This document shows, one piece after another, positions 1 to 13,900 of a stretch of 64,000 bases of DNA (positions are counted from its first letter, which is position 1; each line of letters begins with the position of its first letter). Origin of the DNA: Nemertoderma westbladi (taxonomy: Eukaryota; Animalia; Xenacoelomorpha). The position numbers and the translations under genes are program-made. Under the pieces are notes generated by a model. The model did no database searches. It was not told where the DNA came from and saw nothing but the letters and a program-made list of their open reading frames with translations. The DNA lies in NCBI GenBank assembly GCA_032718475.1, contig JAUCBJ010001059.1, positions 1,881 to 65,880 on the forward strand, given 5' to 3'.

Positions 1-1765
1 GGCTGAGCCACGCGCTGGGACTGTTGGCATCGTCCGCGGGCTCGAGGATCCCCATGGCAACCTGGTCGCTGAGCTCCCTGTCGAATGCCTCCTCCAGGTT
101 GGCCGGTATGGGGCGGTTGGAGTACCGGAACGATGGTTTGGCGTCCGGGAGCAGTTTTATGGTTATATCCCCCCCGGCCATAACCCTACAGTTCCCAGAG
201 AGGGGGCGGGGGTACCGGGTAACCAGGGTTTCCCAGGTCTGGGTCGCGTTGGGTGGCAGTGTCGGCGATGGTGTCGGTGTTGGTGGGGTTGGCGGTGGTT
301 GTGCTGGTGGCGTGGTCGGTGGCGTGGGCGGTGGCGCGGCCAGTAGCTGGTTCGCACATTGCCTAGTGAGGGCGTCGGGTGGCCCCCGCCCACCCCGGAG
401 GATGGGGCTCCACAGGATCCCGAGGGTGAAGCAGGTCTTCCTGGACAGCAGTGGTTGGTGGAGGCCGTCCAGGACCCAGACATCCGTGGTGCAGGCAGTG
501 TGCAATGCATGGCACTGGATGGTGGCGCCGAATACTCCCTTAAAAACCCAACCCGCTCGACTACCGTTGGCGAGTTTAGGTGGTTGGGGCGGCGGGTTGG
601 AGTTCCGGAGGTTCTCGACTTTCCCCCCGAAGGCTGAGTAGATCCGGAAGGGAATCGCCGTAATGTTGGCACCGGAATCTGGGAGGAACTGGAGTTCGGT
701 GATTCCGAAACTGGGGTTCTTAGTGACCTGGAATCCCAGTGTCACCGTCTCGAGGGACTCCAACTGTTCAATGGAGGAGACGGTGGGGGCGTCGTAAAGT
801 TCGGGACCGGCGAGGATCGACCAGATCTCGGCGGCGTTGGTCGACCGATCGTCGTCGTAATCGGTGGCGGGCCCGTCGGCTGCGTTGGTCTGGGGGCGGC
901 GGGGGCACATCCGATTGTAGTGCCCGACTGTGTTGCAGTGGCGACAGCGGGCATCGGCGCCGGGGCAACGGGCTCCCGCGTTGTGTGGGGGGAACCCGCA
1001 CTGCGGGCAGCGGGTGGGTGGTTGATCGCGGCGGGGCCTGGGCCGGCGGCTGCGTTGCGCCGTCGCTCTGGCAGCCGAGGGCGCCGTGGGAGCGGTTGCG
1101 GGGGCCCCGCTCCACGACATGGAGGCGGCGTCCTTGCGGGCAGTCCAGACAGTCTGCGCGAGGCGGAGGGCATCCGTGATGTAGCTGTCTGGAGGCAGGC
1201 GGAGGAGCTGCTCGGTCACCTCTTTGTCGCCGAAGCCCGCGATGAATTGATCGAGGAGCCGATCGTTGGCGTGGGCCGCCGCGGTGGGGAGCGCCTCGAA
1301 CTCACACTTGGTGGCGATGTCCCGGAGGTGGACCAGGAACGTCTCCGGTGTTTCCTCTGGGAGGCGGGAACGCCGGGCGAGTTCCTGTCGGTGGACCCGT
1401 TTGTTAGTCCCTCCGTGGACGTGGGTACCGAGTGTCGCGATGACGAGGGACGCATCCGAGTTGTCGACAGTGGAGAGCCCAAGTCCCCTTACCACGGCGT
1501 TCGTACTGCGGGAGAACGCGGATGTGAGGGCGGCTCGACGCTGTCTGTTGGTGGCCCGGAGGAGGTCGGCCGAGACGGCCGGGTCCGGAGGGTCCGTGGG
1601 GTCGATGGTCCGCAGGTTCTCGAGGCCCGACGTCACCAGGAACGCTTCCCACTCCTCGATCCACAGGTCCCACGTCGAACGTTCGCAGTCGATGTCGAAC
1701 GGAGGGGCTGCGCTGCGGAGTACGAAGGAGCGGGGGTCACGGGGGTCGGTTGAGTTGTGCGCCAT
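1..1765 (-). mobile_element. Gypsy (Mag-like) LTR retrotransposon, 5' part of a single gag-pro-pol ORF running off the left edge
   Basis: Hand translation from ATG at 1765: MAHNSTDPRDPRSF..WDLWIEEWEAFL, double zinc knuckle CPQCGFPPHNAGARCPGADARCRHCNTVGHYNRMC, aspartic protease FLPDSGANITAIP..LLSRKTCFTLGIL, then the RT start (..RPIPANLEEAFDREL..). Absent from the ORF track because the frame has no stop in the window. Visibly more GC-rich than the host DNA. Confidence 0.9.
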
Positions 1766-2022
1766 AGTATTAATGTAGGCCTATTACTTTATTAACAGCA
1801 GACAGGCAGACAGAACCTAATGTGCGGGTATGGCTGGCCTGGGCCCGAGGGCCTGGCGGTCTAGCAGAGTATACTGGTAGCGTGGTAGGTGGTAGCAGTA
1901 GGCTGGTACAGCAATACAGTTGTAGGTTCGAAAATCATAACTGCGCCATGACTGATATATATAATATATATATATAATAAGACATGCAGACTTCACGGGG
2001 GAGAGCCATGCACTATACTACA
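1765..2022 (-). mobile_element. Probable 5' LTR of the left Gypsy element, with PBS TGGCGCACAAC directly after it
   Basis: Minus strand starts TGTAGTAT and ends AATACTA|TGGCGC (short terminal inverted repeat). TA-rich TATA tract at about 1955-1975, then AATAAA at about 1788-1793. The partner LTR is outside the window. Confidence 0.65.
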
Positions 2023-3292
2023 CAGAGACCCCCGATTTTTTTTTACGAATCGACTTCTATGATGAAGGGGCAACTTTTGAGCATTTCGAAATTTTCAAAA
2101 AGCGATTTGATCAGGCCGCGATCAGAAAAGATCGTGTTTTCGGTTTTATTTTGAAGACCAAGTCCTGGGAGTTCACCGTATGGAAAAACTTAACATCACA
2201 AAAAGATTCCTCGCCCTCGAATTATGGGGGGTAGCCAAAATTTGGGCATAAAAAAGTTCAAGTCTAGTGGGTCAAAACTCAAGATCACGATCGCGAAAAG
2301 ATCAGTATATTTAAAATCGAATCTAAGCATTTTTCTAATAAACATTCATTGTAAGAAATGTGCAATGGTCTATTCTGAGTTGATTAAAAAAAAATTGGCT
2401 CGATCGGGCAACCAGTTCTCGAGATCAGCTTCCTGATCATAAAAGATCGTGTTTTTCAGTTTTTCCCGATTTTCTCTAAAACTTTGTTTGAGATCCCTGA
2501 TTTTTTTTTACTAATCGACTTCTATTAAGAAGGGGCAACTTTTGAGCATTTCAAAATTTTCAAAAAGCGATTTGATCAGGCCATGATCAGGAAAGATCAT
2601 GTTTTCGGTTTTATTTCGAAGACCAAGTCCTGTGAGTTCACCGTATGAAAAAACTTAACATTACAAAAAGATTCCTCACCCTCGAATTAGGGGGGGTAGC
2701 CAAAATTTGACCATAAAAAAGTTCAATTCTAGGGGGTCAAAAGATCATGATCGCGAAATGATCAGTTTTTTCGAAATTACTTCTGAGCATTTTGGGGCAA
2801 AACTTTCAAACTAAAAAACATTCACTGGAGTGTTCTAAGTAGATTAAAAAAAAATTCGACTCAATAGGCCTACCGGTACCGGAGATATGGTCGTCCAAAG
2901 TCTGCTTCCGGTAATTCGAAAATATTTCGAAAACCCTTGATCGAATTTTTTCCTTGAAAATATCGATGGCACCTTGACGAACAGTCGTATGTCATGTTTT
3001 GATGATTTTGAGAAAATGGCGTTTGAAAATTTTTAGTTTTTTAATTATGCATAACTTGCAATCAACTTTATAAAACCGCTTCATATTTCATTGTAACAAC
3101 AATTTTGATGAGGGCTTTCAGAAAAAAATGTAATTTTTTTATTTGAAGAGTATGACGTCATTTAATGACGTCATATTTGAAATACGCCGTTTCGTCAAAA
3201 AAATATCAAGGGCTTTTGCCAAAATAAGCTAACTATATTTTTACATATAGCATAAGCCCGGTTCACAATGGAGCAATAAGGTCCTCCATTGT
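2023..3292. repeat. Non-coding repeat element with a ~465-bp internal tandem duplication and a terminal hairpin
   Basis: 2023-2490 recurs diverged at 2490-2900 (offset 465). Hairpin ACAATGGAG-N10-CTCCATTGT at 3265-3292. Superfamily unresolved. Confidence 0.5.
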
Positions 3293-3319
3293 AATTCTGA
3301 ATATAATTAATTATAGTTT

Positions 3320-4745
3320 TGCTAACTACTACTCTACTAGGTCGAGCGAACTCGGACAGTGGAAATGAGATCCTTCCAGGCTTCCCGATTCTCCATAGTT
3401 GTCGCAATCTCGTTTCTCCCAAGTTCAGTATCCCTTTCAAGTTGATCTATATATGTTATGGCCGGTCGTCCACGACTACGCTTTCCATGAGTTGGTTGCC
3501 AGAAAAGTAGATCTGGTATGACCTCGTCTTTACTTCACCAGCAGTGCCCACTGAATCGTAATCTGCGTTCACGGAGGGTGGTTGATACAGGTGGTATTGT
3601 ACCATAAAGCTCGGCGTTTGTCATGTGTTGTCTCCAGCTGATGTTTAGGGCTGCCCTTAGTAGTCTTGTGTAGCAACCATCAATTCGTTGTTCAAGTGAT
3701 TTAGTCAGTGTCCAGGTCTCACCCCCGTATAAAAATACACTTTCCACTGTGGCTCGAAAGAACTTAGTCTTCAGGTGCCTGGAGAGATCTGATTTCTAGA
3801 TGGTATCAATTATTGATAGAGCTACCCAAGCCTTTGCTTTCCTAACTTCTATGTCCTTTTTGCTACTCTCTATCCATGATCCAAGGTACTGGAAGTCATC
3901 GACCTTCCTTAGTTGATTATTATCAATGGTTGTCAAGTTTCCATCAACATTGAAGGTCATGAATTCGGTCTTGGTAGCATTTATATGCAATCCAACCTCC
4001 TTAGCAGCCCTCTCCACTTTATTTAGTAGAAGCTGTGCATCTGCTAGGGTATTAGAGAGCAGGGCGATGTCATCCGCAAAGTCGGTGTCTGTGACTGTAG
4101 TTGCCGGATATCTACTACTTCTGCGTTCTTGAAGTGTGAATCCCAGGTCTTCACCCTTTGTGGCCGTCCTCATTGCGTAATCCAGCACAATTACAAATAG
4201 TAATGGTGCTGATGTATCACCTTGCAGTACCCCAGCCAGGATTGAGAAAAACTCAGTTTCACAATCTGGTGAGAGTACCTGCGCTTCTGTGTCACAATAT
4301 AACAATCCAATGCCAGCAACAATTACTTCTGGTATTCCATAAGCTCTTAGGATTTCATTCATTTTGCCTCTATGGATGGAGTCGAATGCCTTCTTGAAGT
4401 CCACAAAAGTCATGACTGCGGGGAGATTCTTTGACTTAATTCCTTCAATCAGTCTCCGTAGTGCAAGTATCTGAGCTATTGTTGATCTACTTGGTCGAAA
4501 TCCGTTTTGGCTCTTACGCAGTAGTTTCTCTATGTGAGGCCTAATCCTATATAGAATCATTTTATTGTATATTTTGGCAGCTACCACAAGCAGACAGATC
4601 CCACGATAGTTTGTTGGTATACCGAGGTCTCCTTTCTTGGGGAGAGGCTTTAGTTTACCTTTAGTCCAAATTGGTGGTGGCTTTTCCCCTTTTAACATCC
4701 GGTTGCAAACATTCAATAATGGTCTGTTTAGCACTCCTGTTTTCC
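3320..4745 (-). mobile_element. 5'-truncated, inactivated RTE-clade LINE (RT and 3' end)
   Basis: NYRGICLL, QNGFRPSRST, FVDFKKAFDSI, GVLQGDT, DFADD, YLGS, VESVFLYGGETW, RRLRFSGHCW. In-frame stops at 3796 (TAG, probably from TGG) and 3535 (TGA, probably from CGA). (TAG)n-like tail at about 3320-3340. Confidence 0.9.
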
Positions 4746-6952
4746 TACCGGAGGGTCTACATGGAGTCCGCCATCAGTTCATCATTTGTATACATAAGCA
4801 AGCACACATAAACAAGCGCGAAATCGCTAAAAAAATAATTTTTTCACTAAACTTTTATAAAACTAAAACCCAACTGGAAATTAACAACAAGAACACCATA
4901 ACACCGACAACGGATAAAATTTACTTCAATTTCAGCTATAGCTAAAGCATATTCTTCAGCTCCACGATTGGCTACTGGAAAGTATGATGACCTCGTTTCG
5001 CTCTGTACTGGTAATACACCAGTAATACCCGCCATGTATTCGCAATTTTATCTTCCCCTTCCACATCCACATCAGTAATTCATCAAACATATTGGAAAAC
5101 TTAACAACAAGTACTCATACTAATCTTATGCATGTCTTATGAATGTCAGTTAAGACTGGTTATTCTAATCAACACAACAATAATCGAAAGAGAAGTTTAC
5201 AGGTTACAGTTTAATTTTTGCTTCTAATAAGCTGTTATTTCCATCGATTTTCCCCTGGAGAGTTAAATGTTGATCTTCTGGGGGGATAGAGAAAAGTGTT
5301 GTATAATGAGAGTATTTAACATTGGAAGTAAGTGTGGCATCATCTCTGCCAAGATTAACATATTTATATGTTAACACATTATATTAACAGCCAAGAGAGC
5401 GAGAGTGGAGCCTTTGGATTCACGTTCAACAATAACTTTATTACTTTACAATATGAACACAGTGTTGTACCTACCCACTTGCATAAATAAATGTGTCATA
5501 AATTTTCTGTCAAGTTCAACTCTACTCTCATTGTTTTGGGCAAATTAGTTAATATTGCATAATGAAATATAAATAAAACATCAATATAACAATATTAGTA
5601 AGGTTTCTTACATTTTAGTTCATATTTTTATAAACATTAATAGGTCGTATTACAAGATAATCATTGGCTAACCTTTTGACGAACAGACGTTTTGGAAAAT
5701 TTTTCTTATACGACCTTTCGTCAAATTAAAATTGTTTAGAAATACCATATAAGGCCGTTTGCTTTTTACTGTATAGAGTTTAATACTGAAGATATGAATA
5801 CGACCTTTTGTCAAAACATAGTTCCACCTTTTATGAACTCAAATACCCAATAAAGTCAAAATCGCAAAAGTTGCCAATACGACTGTTCGTCAAGATGCCA
5901 TCGATATGTGAATGTACAGTTAGTGGACCCGCATCTAACGATATATCACAATCCATATTTCGGATGACAGGTACCGGTGAAATCAGACTTTACCAAAAAA
6001 ATTCAAATTTTAGCTACTCATGTCTGACTATCTCGAAAACTATAATAGGTATGGAAATACTTTCACTGCAAGAAATGTTCGCCTATCCAATGCGCTTCTA
6101 ACTCTGTGCTCGGATTTTGCATAGTGTCAAAACCTACAACTTAACCCCCCCAGCGGAGGGAACGGAGTGACCGGAGCGCCAGTACTATCTTTCATTATTA
6201 TGAAGTAATAAGGGCGGTGGGTGGGGTAGGTGGTGAACACTATTTATAGGGTGGAAGGAGGGTCTAGTATATTACTTTAGGATATTTGATTTCTTTGCAA
6301 TATAGTTTAGCTGCCTCAGTCTTATTTGTAATATGTTATACATTATACCAAATTATATCAAGTTTTAACATACTACATTGTCTACCTGTAGGAGAAATAT
6401 ACAATGTAGGGCTCATAATATATTTATAAATAGATTTAGTATATTTACATTGTATAACAGAGTTAATTGATACTATTACGGTATTATACTAAAGACGCCG
6501 CTTTGATATATCTGATCAAATGGCAATTTCTTGTATATTATCTATTTCACTATCTTGGGTATATCATTCAATTTCTAAAACTATAATAATAAACATTTAC
6601 TTCACTTCTTGTTTACTCGCATGGATATATTGATATAAAACACTTCAGTATAATATCTTATAGGGCCAAACACAGATTAATCGGAATAATATGTTTAATT
6701 ATTATTACAATTGGCACATTGATGTAAGTAGTACATGAGTTTGATAAAATAATTATGAATCTGTATCTTATTCTACTTTGTCTATATGATTATGTTATAT
6801 AATAATGTTACTTTATCACTTTGGTTTAAACCGATCTCCTTTACTATTACTTACTACTTATACTACTACTACTACTACTACTATTACTACTGACTACTAC
6901 AGAGTTATATATTATAAGAGGATGGGGTTCGTGATTATTAGTTATTATACAA

Positions 6953-7406
6953 GTGCCCCTCGGCTATAGAGAGTCCACCCTCGGTTGCTTACTGGATGGT
7001 ACATTCACAAGAATGCTACGCCGGGTTCATTGTGTCAAGTACAATGCACACATCTCCAACCAGACACTATATAACATTGGAGGTGTCTCATTGGTTCCCC
7101 CAAGCTTGACACTAGAACAAAATCGCCTCCGCTTTGCAGGACAGCAGGACATTGCTTTCGCCGTGAGGACCAGCCAGTGCATAATCTTGTACTTTGGCAG
7201 CCTCATGGGGTGAATAAGCATGGTGGACAGCCCATGACTTTCTTGAGACGCATCTTAAAGGACACTGGCCTTAAAGATGCGGATGATCTAGCAAATGTCA
7301 TGGGTGATAGGGAGTTGTGGCGGTGCAATTTTGTTGACAAGCCGGCACAGCATTCTTAAAAATGCAGCTGCAATGCAGCATGCCGATCCTAGTAGTAGTA
7401 GTAGTG
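6953..7406 (+). mobile_element. RTE-type LINE 3' fragment
   Basis: LDGTFTRMLRR..HISNQTLY..RLRFAG and LVLWQPHG..LANVMGDRELWR split by a frameshift; (TAG)n tail at 7390-7405. Confidence 0.75.
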
Positions 7407-7902
7407 TTTCTTCCATGACAATGTTGATTTCGAATTGGATTGAAAATGATAATATTACAACTTATTTCTCAAAATATATTGCTAACTATATATATGCCGG
7501 TAACAACATACTTAAATAAATGTGAATGACAATATTATATTATTACTTTTATATCACAAATATCCTCTTAATAATTATTCTAGTTAATAAAACAAAAGAT
7601 AAATTTTACCACTAAAATTACCAGTTAATAGTTCTAACAATAATTAATTATTTGCACTAATATTACAGAACAAAGCACATAAGAACTGAAATATATTCTA
7701 TACAATATGAATTACAATCCCGTAGGTGGGTGATGTGAATTCCCTTTTAAGCGGATTGGGAAGGAATAATCCAATATAACACGAGCCTCTCCTTACACTT
7801 TATGGATTACGGGTTCTCCATTTGTTCAGCAACGATAACATTTCGTTTCAGCTGACTATTTCCGATAAATTATACAGATATTGTGGAATTAAGGAATTTC
7901 AA

Positions 7903-10900
7903 TCAATTAATATAAGTTTCTCGAATCTCCCCTATTATGTGATTCGCTTCTTGAAGACAGGCCAACATCTGGCTCGCTTCGGTTCGTCTGTTAGCTATGT
8001 CTACGGATTCCTGCAGTACTGTTTTACAATCATCGCTATTTTTATAAAGTTTCTGTACCAGTTCGCTATATAGAGAAGAACATGTGTAGTTAACCAGGAA
8101 GTGCATTATCGACTTGGGCACGGAATCCTGAATCCCTTTTCGAATAATGTTGAAATAGGATTCTATTAATTTTCCTAAAAAACATAAAATTCAATGAAAT
8201 AGAACAATTTTTAAATGATTTTCTACTTTAGTACATAATTCCACTATGATTTGTTATATTTAATAAAATATGGATCAACCAGCTGATTTTATCATTTTAC
8301 ATCTATTGTATTAATTAAAAAAAAGTTAATCTCTCTTATAAACAGTGTAAAATAAAGTCACTTTATCGCATTGCTTTTTAAGAACTCAACAGGGTTACTG
8401 TTGGGCCAAGCCAAGTTAAATCTGAAGAGTTTTCTAAAATATAATTTTTAGGATTTTGATCGTCTCATTGATTTAGTAATTTTCTCGTTCCGAAAATGTG
8501 TTCTCCCCTATAAAGACATTTTACCTTAACACCATGCCATGCCAGTTTATATGAGGGGGTTTTATTAAGCAAAGTAGCACAGACAATCAATTAGTTAATA
8601 ACTATTACTGTAAATGAACAGGATCTACTGTGTACAAGTGTGAGGGAACTGATGGATAATAACTTACGGATAACGTTGACTTCCATGAGTTCTCTGTCTG
8701 TTTGCTCGCGACCAAACATATTAATGGTGGACCCGACTTGTGGAAGGAGATTAACTTGCGCGTGTAGAGGGTTCGCGGAGGGACTAGCCGGCACGGGTAC
8801 AGTCTGCTTCGGGGCCTACAGAATGGATATTGTTGTATAGTAACGAGATAGGGTACATCAACAAAACAATACAGCTGATTAGTAGAAACTGTCTCGCGAG
8901 TGACTCATACGAACCTCGCCCCCGCCTGTTGAAATGGCTCGCGAGTGACTCATACTAACCTCGCCCCCGCCTGTTGAACTGGCTCGCGAGCGAGTGACTC
9001 ACACTAACCTCGCCCCCGCCTGTTGAAATGGCTCGCGAGTGACTCATACTAACCTCGCCCCCGCCTGTTGAACTGGCTCGCGAGCGAGTGACTCATACTA
9101 ACCTCGCCCCCGCCTGTTGAACTAGCTCGCGAGTGAGTCATACTAACCTCGCCCCCGCCTGTTGAACTGGCTCGCGAATGACTCATACTAACCTCGCCCC
9201 CGCCTGTTGAACTGGCTCGCGAATGACTCATACTAACCTCGCCCCCGCCTGTTGAACTGGCTCGCGAGTGACTCATACTAACCTCGCCCCCGCCTGTTGA
9301 ACTGGCTCGCGAGTGAGTCATACTAACCTCGCCCCCGCCTGTTGAACTGGCTCGCGAATGACTCATACTAACCTCGCCCCCGCCTGTTGAACTGGCTCGC
9401 GAGTGACTCATACTAACCTCGCCCCCGCCTGTTGAACTGGCTCGCGAATGACTCATACTAACCTCGCCCCCGCCTGTTGAACTGGCTCGCGAGTGAGTCA
9501 TACTAACCTCGCCCCCGCCTGTTGAACTGGCTCGCGAATGACTCATACTATCCTCGCCCCCGCCTGTTGAACTGGCTCGCGAGTGAGTCATACTAACCTC
9601 GCCCCCGCCTGTTGAACTGGCTCGCGAATGACTCATACTAACCTCGCCCCCGCCTGTTGAACTGGCTCGCGAGTGACTCATACTAACCTCGCCCCCGCCT
9701 GTTGAACTGGCTCGCGAGTGACTCATACTAACCTCGCCCCCGCCTGTTGAACTGGCTCGCGAGTGAGTCATACTAACCTCGCCCCCGCCTGTTGAACTGG
9801 CTCGCGAATGACTCATACTAACCTCGCCCCCGCCTGTTGAACTGGCTCGAGAGCGAGTGACTCATACTAACCTCGCCCCCGCCTGTTGAACTGGCTCGCG
9901 AGTGACTCATACTAACCTCGCCCCCGCCTGTTGAACTGGCTCGCGAGTGACTCATACTAACCTCGCCCCCGCCTGTTGAACTGGCTCGCGAATGAATCAT
10001 ACTAACCTCGCCCCCGCCTGTTGAACTGGCTCGCGAGTGAGTCATACTAACCTCGCCCCCGCCTGTTGAACTGGCTCGCGAATGACTCATACTAACCTCG
10101 CCCCCGCCTGTTGAACTGGCTCGCGAATGACTCATACTAACCTCGCCCCCGCCTGTTGAACTGGCTCGCGAATGACTCATACTAACCTCGCCCCCGCCTG
10201 TTGAACTGGCTCGCGAGTGACTCATACTAACCTCGCCCCCGCCTGTTGAACTAGCTCGCGAGTGAGTCATACTAACCTCGCCCCGCCTGTTGAACTAGCT
10301 CGCGAGTGAGTCATACTAACCTCGCCCCCGCCTGTTTAACTGGCTCGCGAGTGACTCATACTAACCTCGCCCCCGCCTGTTGAACTGGCTCGCGAGTGAC
10401 TCATACTAACCTCGCCACCGCCTGTTGAACTGGCTCGCGAGTGACTCATACTAACCTCGCCCCCGCCTGTTGAACTGGCTCGCGAGTGACTCATACTAAC
10501 CTCGCCCCCGCCTGTTGAACTGGCTCGCGAGTGACTCATACCAACCTCGCCCCGCCTGTTGAACTAGCTCGCGAGTGAGTCATACTAACCTCGCCCCCGC
10601 CTGTTGAACTGGCTCGCTAGTGACTCATACTAACCTCGCCCCCGCCTGTTGAACTGGCTCGCGAGTGACTCATACTAACCTCGCCCCCGCCTGTTGAACT
10701 AGCTCGCGAGTGACTCATACTAACCTCGCCCCCGCCTGTTGAACTGGCTCGCGAGTGACTCATACTAACCTCGCCCCCGCCTGTTGAACTAGCTCGCGAG
10801 TGACTCATACTAACCTCGCCCCCGCCTGTTTAACTGGCTCGCGAGTGACTCATACTAACCTCGCCCCCGCCTGTTGAACTAGCTCGCGAGTGACTCATAC

Positions 10901-13900
10901 TAACCTCGCCCCCGCCTGTTGAACTGGCTCGCGAGTGAGTCATACTAACCTCGCTCCCGCCTGTTGAACTGGCTCGCGAGTGACTCATACTAACCTCGCC
11001 CCCGCCTGTTGAACTGGCTCGCGAGTGACTCATACTAACCTCGCCCCCGCCTGTTGAACTAGCTCGCGAGTGACTCATACTAACCTCGCCCCCGCCTGTT
11101 GAACTAGCTCGCGAGTGACTCATACTAACCTCGCCCCCGCCTGTTGAACTGGCTCGCGAGTGACTCATACTAACCTCGCACCCGCCTGTTGAACTGGCTC
11201 GCGAATGACTCATACTAACCTCGCCCCCGCCTGTTGAACTGGCTCGCGAGTGACTCATACTAACCTCGCCCCCGCCTGTTGAACTGGATCGCGAGTGAGT
11301 CATACTAATCTCGCCCCCGCCTGTTGAACTGGCTCGCGAGTGACTCATACTAACCTCGCCCCCGCCTGTTGAACTGGCCCGCGAGTGACTCATACTAACC
11401 TCGCCCCCGCCTGTTGAACTGGCTCGCGAGTGAGTCATACTAACCTCGCCCCCGCCTGTTGAACTGGCTCGCGAGTGACTCATACTAACCTCGCCCCCGC
11501 CTGTTGAACTGGCTCGCGAGTGACTCATACTAACCTCGCCCCCGCCTGTTGAACTAGCTCGCGAGTGACTCATACTAACCTCGCCCCCGCCTGTTGAACT
11601 GGCTCGCGAGTGAGTCATACTAACCTCGCCCCCGCCTGTTGAACTGGCTCCCGAGTGACTCATACTAACCTCGCCCCCGCCTGTTGAACTGGCTCCCGAG
11701 TGACTCATACTAACCTCGCCCCCGCCTGTTGAACTGGCTCGCGAGTGACTCATACTAACCTCGCCCCCGCCGGTTGAACTGGTTCGCGAGCGAGTGACTC
11801 ATACTAACCTCGCCCCCGCCTGTTGAACTAGCTCGCGAGTGACTCATACTAACCTCGCCCCGCCTGTTGAACTGGCTCGCGAGTGACTCATACTAACCTC
11901 GCCCCCGCCTGTTGAACTGGCTCGCGAGTGACTCATACTAACCTCGCCCCCGCCTGTTGAACTGGCTCGCGAGTGACTCATACTAACCTCGCCCCCGCCT
12001 GTTGAACTGGCTCGCGAGCGAGTGACTCATACTAACCTCGCCCCCGCCTGTTGAACTGGCTCGCGAGTGACTCATACTAACCTCGCCCCCGCCTGTTGAA
12101 CTGGCTCGCGAGTGACTCATACTAACCTCGCCCCCGCCTGTTGAACTGGCTCGCGAGTGACTCATACTAACCTCGCCCCCGCCTGTTGAACTGGCTCGCG
12201 GCGAGTGACTCATACTAACCTCGCCCCGCCTGTTGAACTGGCTCGCGAGTGACTCATACTAACCTCGCCCCCGCCTGTTGAACTGGCTCGCGAGTGACTC
12301 ATACTAACCTCGCCCCCGCCTGTTGAACTGGCTCGCGAGTGACTCATACTAACCTCGCCCCCGCCTGTTGAACTGGCTCGCGAGTGACTCATACTAACCT
12401 CGCCCCCGCCTGTTGAACTGGCTCGCGAGTGACTCATACTAACCTCGCCCCCGCCTGTTGAACTGGCTCGCGAGTGACTCATACTAACCTCGCCCCCGCC
12501 TGTTGAACTGGCTCGCGAGTGACTCATACTAACCTCGCCCCCGCCTGTTGAACTGGCTCGCGAGTGACTCATACTAACCTCGCCCCCGCCTGTTGAACTG
12601 GCTCGCGAGTGACTCATACTAACCTCGCCCCCGCCTGTTGAACTGGCTCGCGAGTGACTCATACTAACCTCGCCCCCGCCTGTTGAACTGGCTCGCGAGT
12701 GACTCATACTAACCTCGCCCCCGCCTGTTGAACTGGCTCGCGAGTGACTCATACTAACCTCGCCCCCGCCTGTTGAACTGGCTCGCGAGTGACTCATACT
12801 AACCTCGCCCCCGCCTGTTGAACTGGCTCGCGAGTGACTCATACTAACCTCGCCCCCGCCTGTTGAACTGGCTCGCGAGTGACTCATACTAACCTCGCCC
12901 CCGCCTGTTGAACTGGCTCGCGAGTGACTCATACTAACCTCGCCCCCGCCTGTTGAACTGGCTCGCGAGTGACTCATACTCAGTTCGTCGTAGGATTTCT
13001 TTGATCTGGAGTTCATATGTTCTATTCTATTGACTAATAGTTTGTCCACCAAACAGAAATCCGAGAAATCAGGATGTCGCGTGTTGATGTAGGCGAGTTC
13101 AATGTGAACAAGATTAGTTACCTATTAAATAAACGATATGATGTCGATGACCAAATAACTACGAAACTTACCAACATTAATTAATATTATAATTAATAGG
13201 CGAAAACGTATTTAGTTAGCCATAAAGTGTTTCCCCCATACCAACCATATCGTTAGTGACCGGTAGACGGCTCTTTAATAGGTTAGTCACTGTTTCTGAA
13301 ATGCTTTCCTGTAGTTTAGGGAACCGACTGATCTCGGGTACATTAGCGCACGTGTGTATTATTTTCAACAATTCCTCGTGCACAAGATTCACGCATCTAA
13401 ACAAAATAAATCAAATTAATTCCCGGTTCCGGTTCCGGTTCCGCACAAAATCGGTCTTACCGGAACCGGGCGCTCGTGTTGAATCAAAGTTTGGATAAAA
13501 GTAATTTCACTGATACAAAACTTTAAACTGTAGTTTATTCGAATACAAACCACATTGTATGCTGTTACTATTAATTGGAAGAAACGATTTTACTGTGATA
13601 GATTGACAATAATTCAGTGCCATATATTATGTAAACAACTCACTGAAGACTTGGACTCAATAATCTCTCAATTTGTTTCTTTGCTAAAAGTTCGAAAGCG
13701 ACTTCTGGAACAAACAGCGCTGGTCTCGTTCCCTGTAATACAATTTAGAATAAATTGTCCCCACATACCAGCAATAAGAAACAAATGTTTAATGATAACA
13801 AAGCAAGCGCTTCTAGGTAAGTACAGAGGGTCTTTCTTCGCGGGTTGAGTATAAAAACACCAGAGTCATGTTTATAAATTATTGTTTTAACTGATTTTTT

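Noticed and set aside
24-1778. Many short overlapping ORFs on both strands
   Set aside because: Shadows of the GC-rich minus-strand gag-pro ORF.
9049-12213. Distal [15 protein letters not shown] ORFs as separate genes
   Set aside because: Frameshift-separated pieces of the array that are not reachable in frame from exon 10.
8893-12980. TACTAAC branch-point motif in every unit on the plus strand
   Set aside because: It is the reverse complement of GTTAGTA; no evidence for an antisense transcript.
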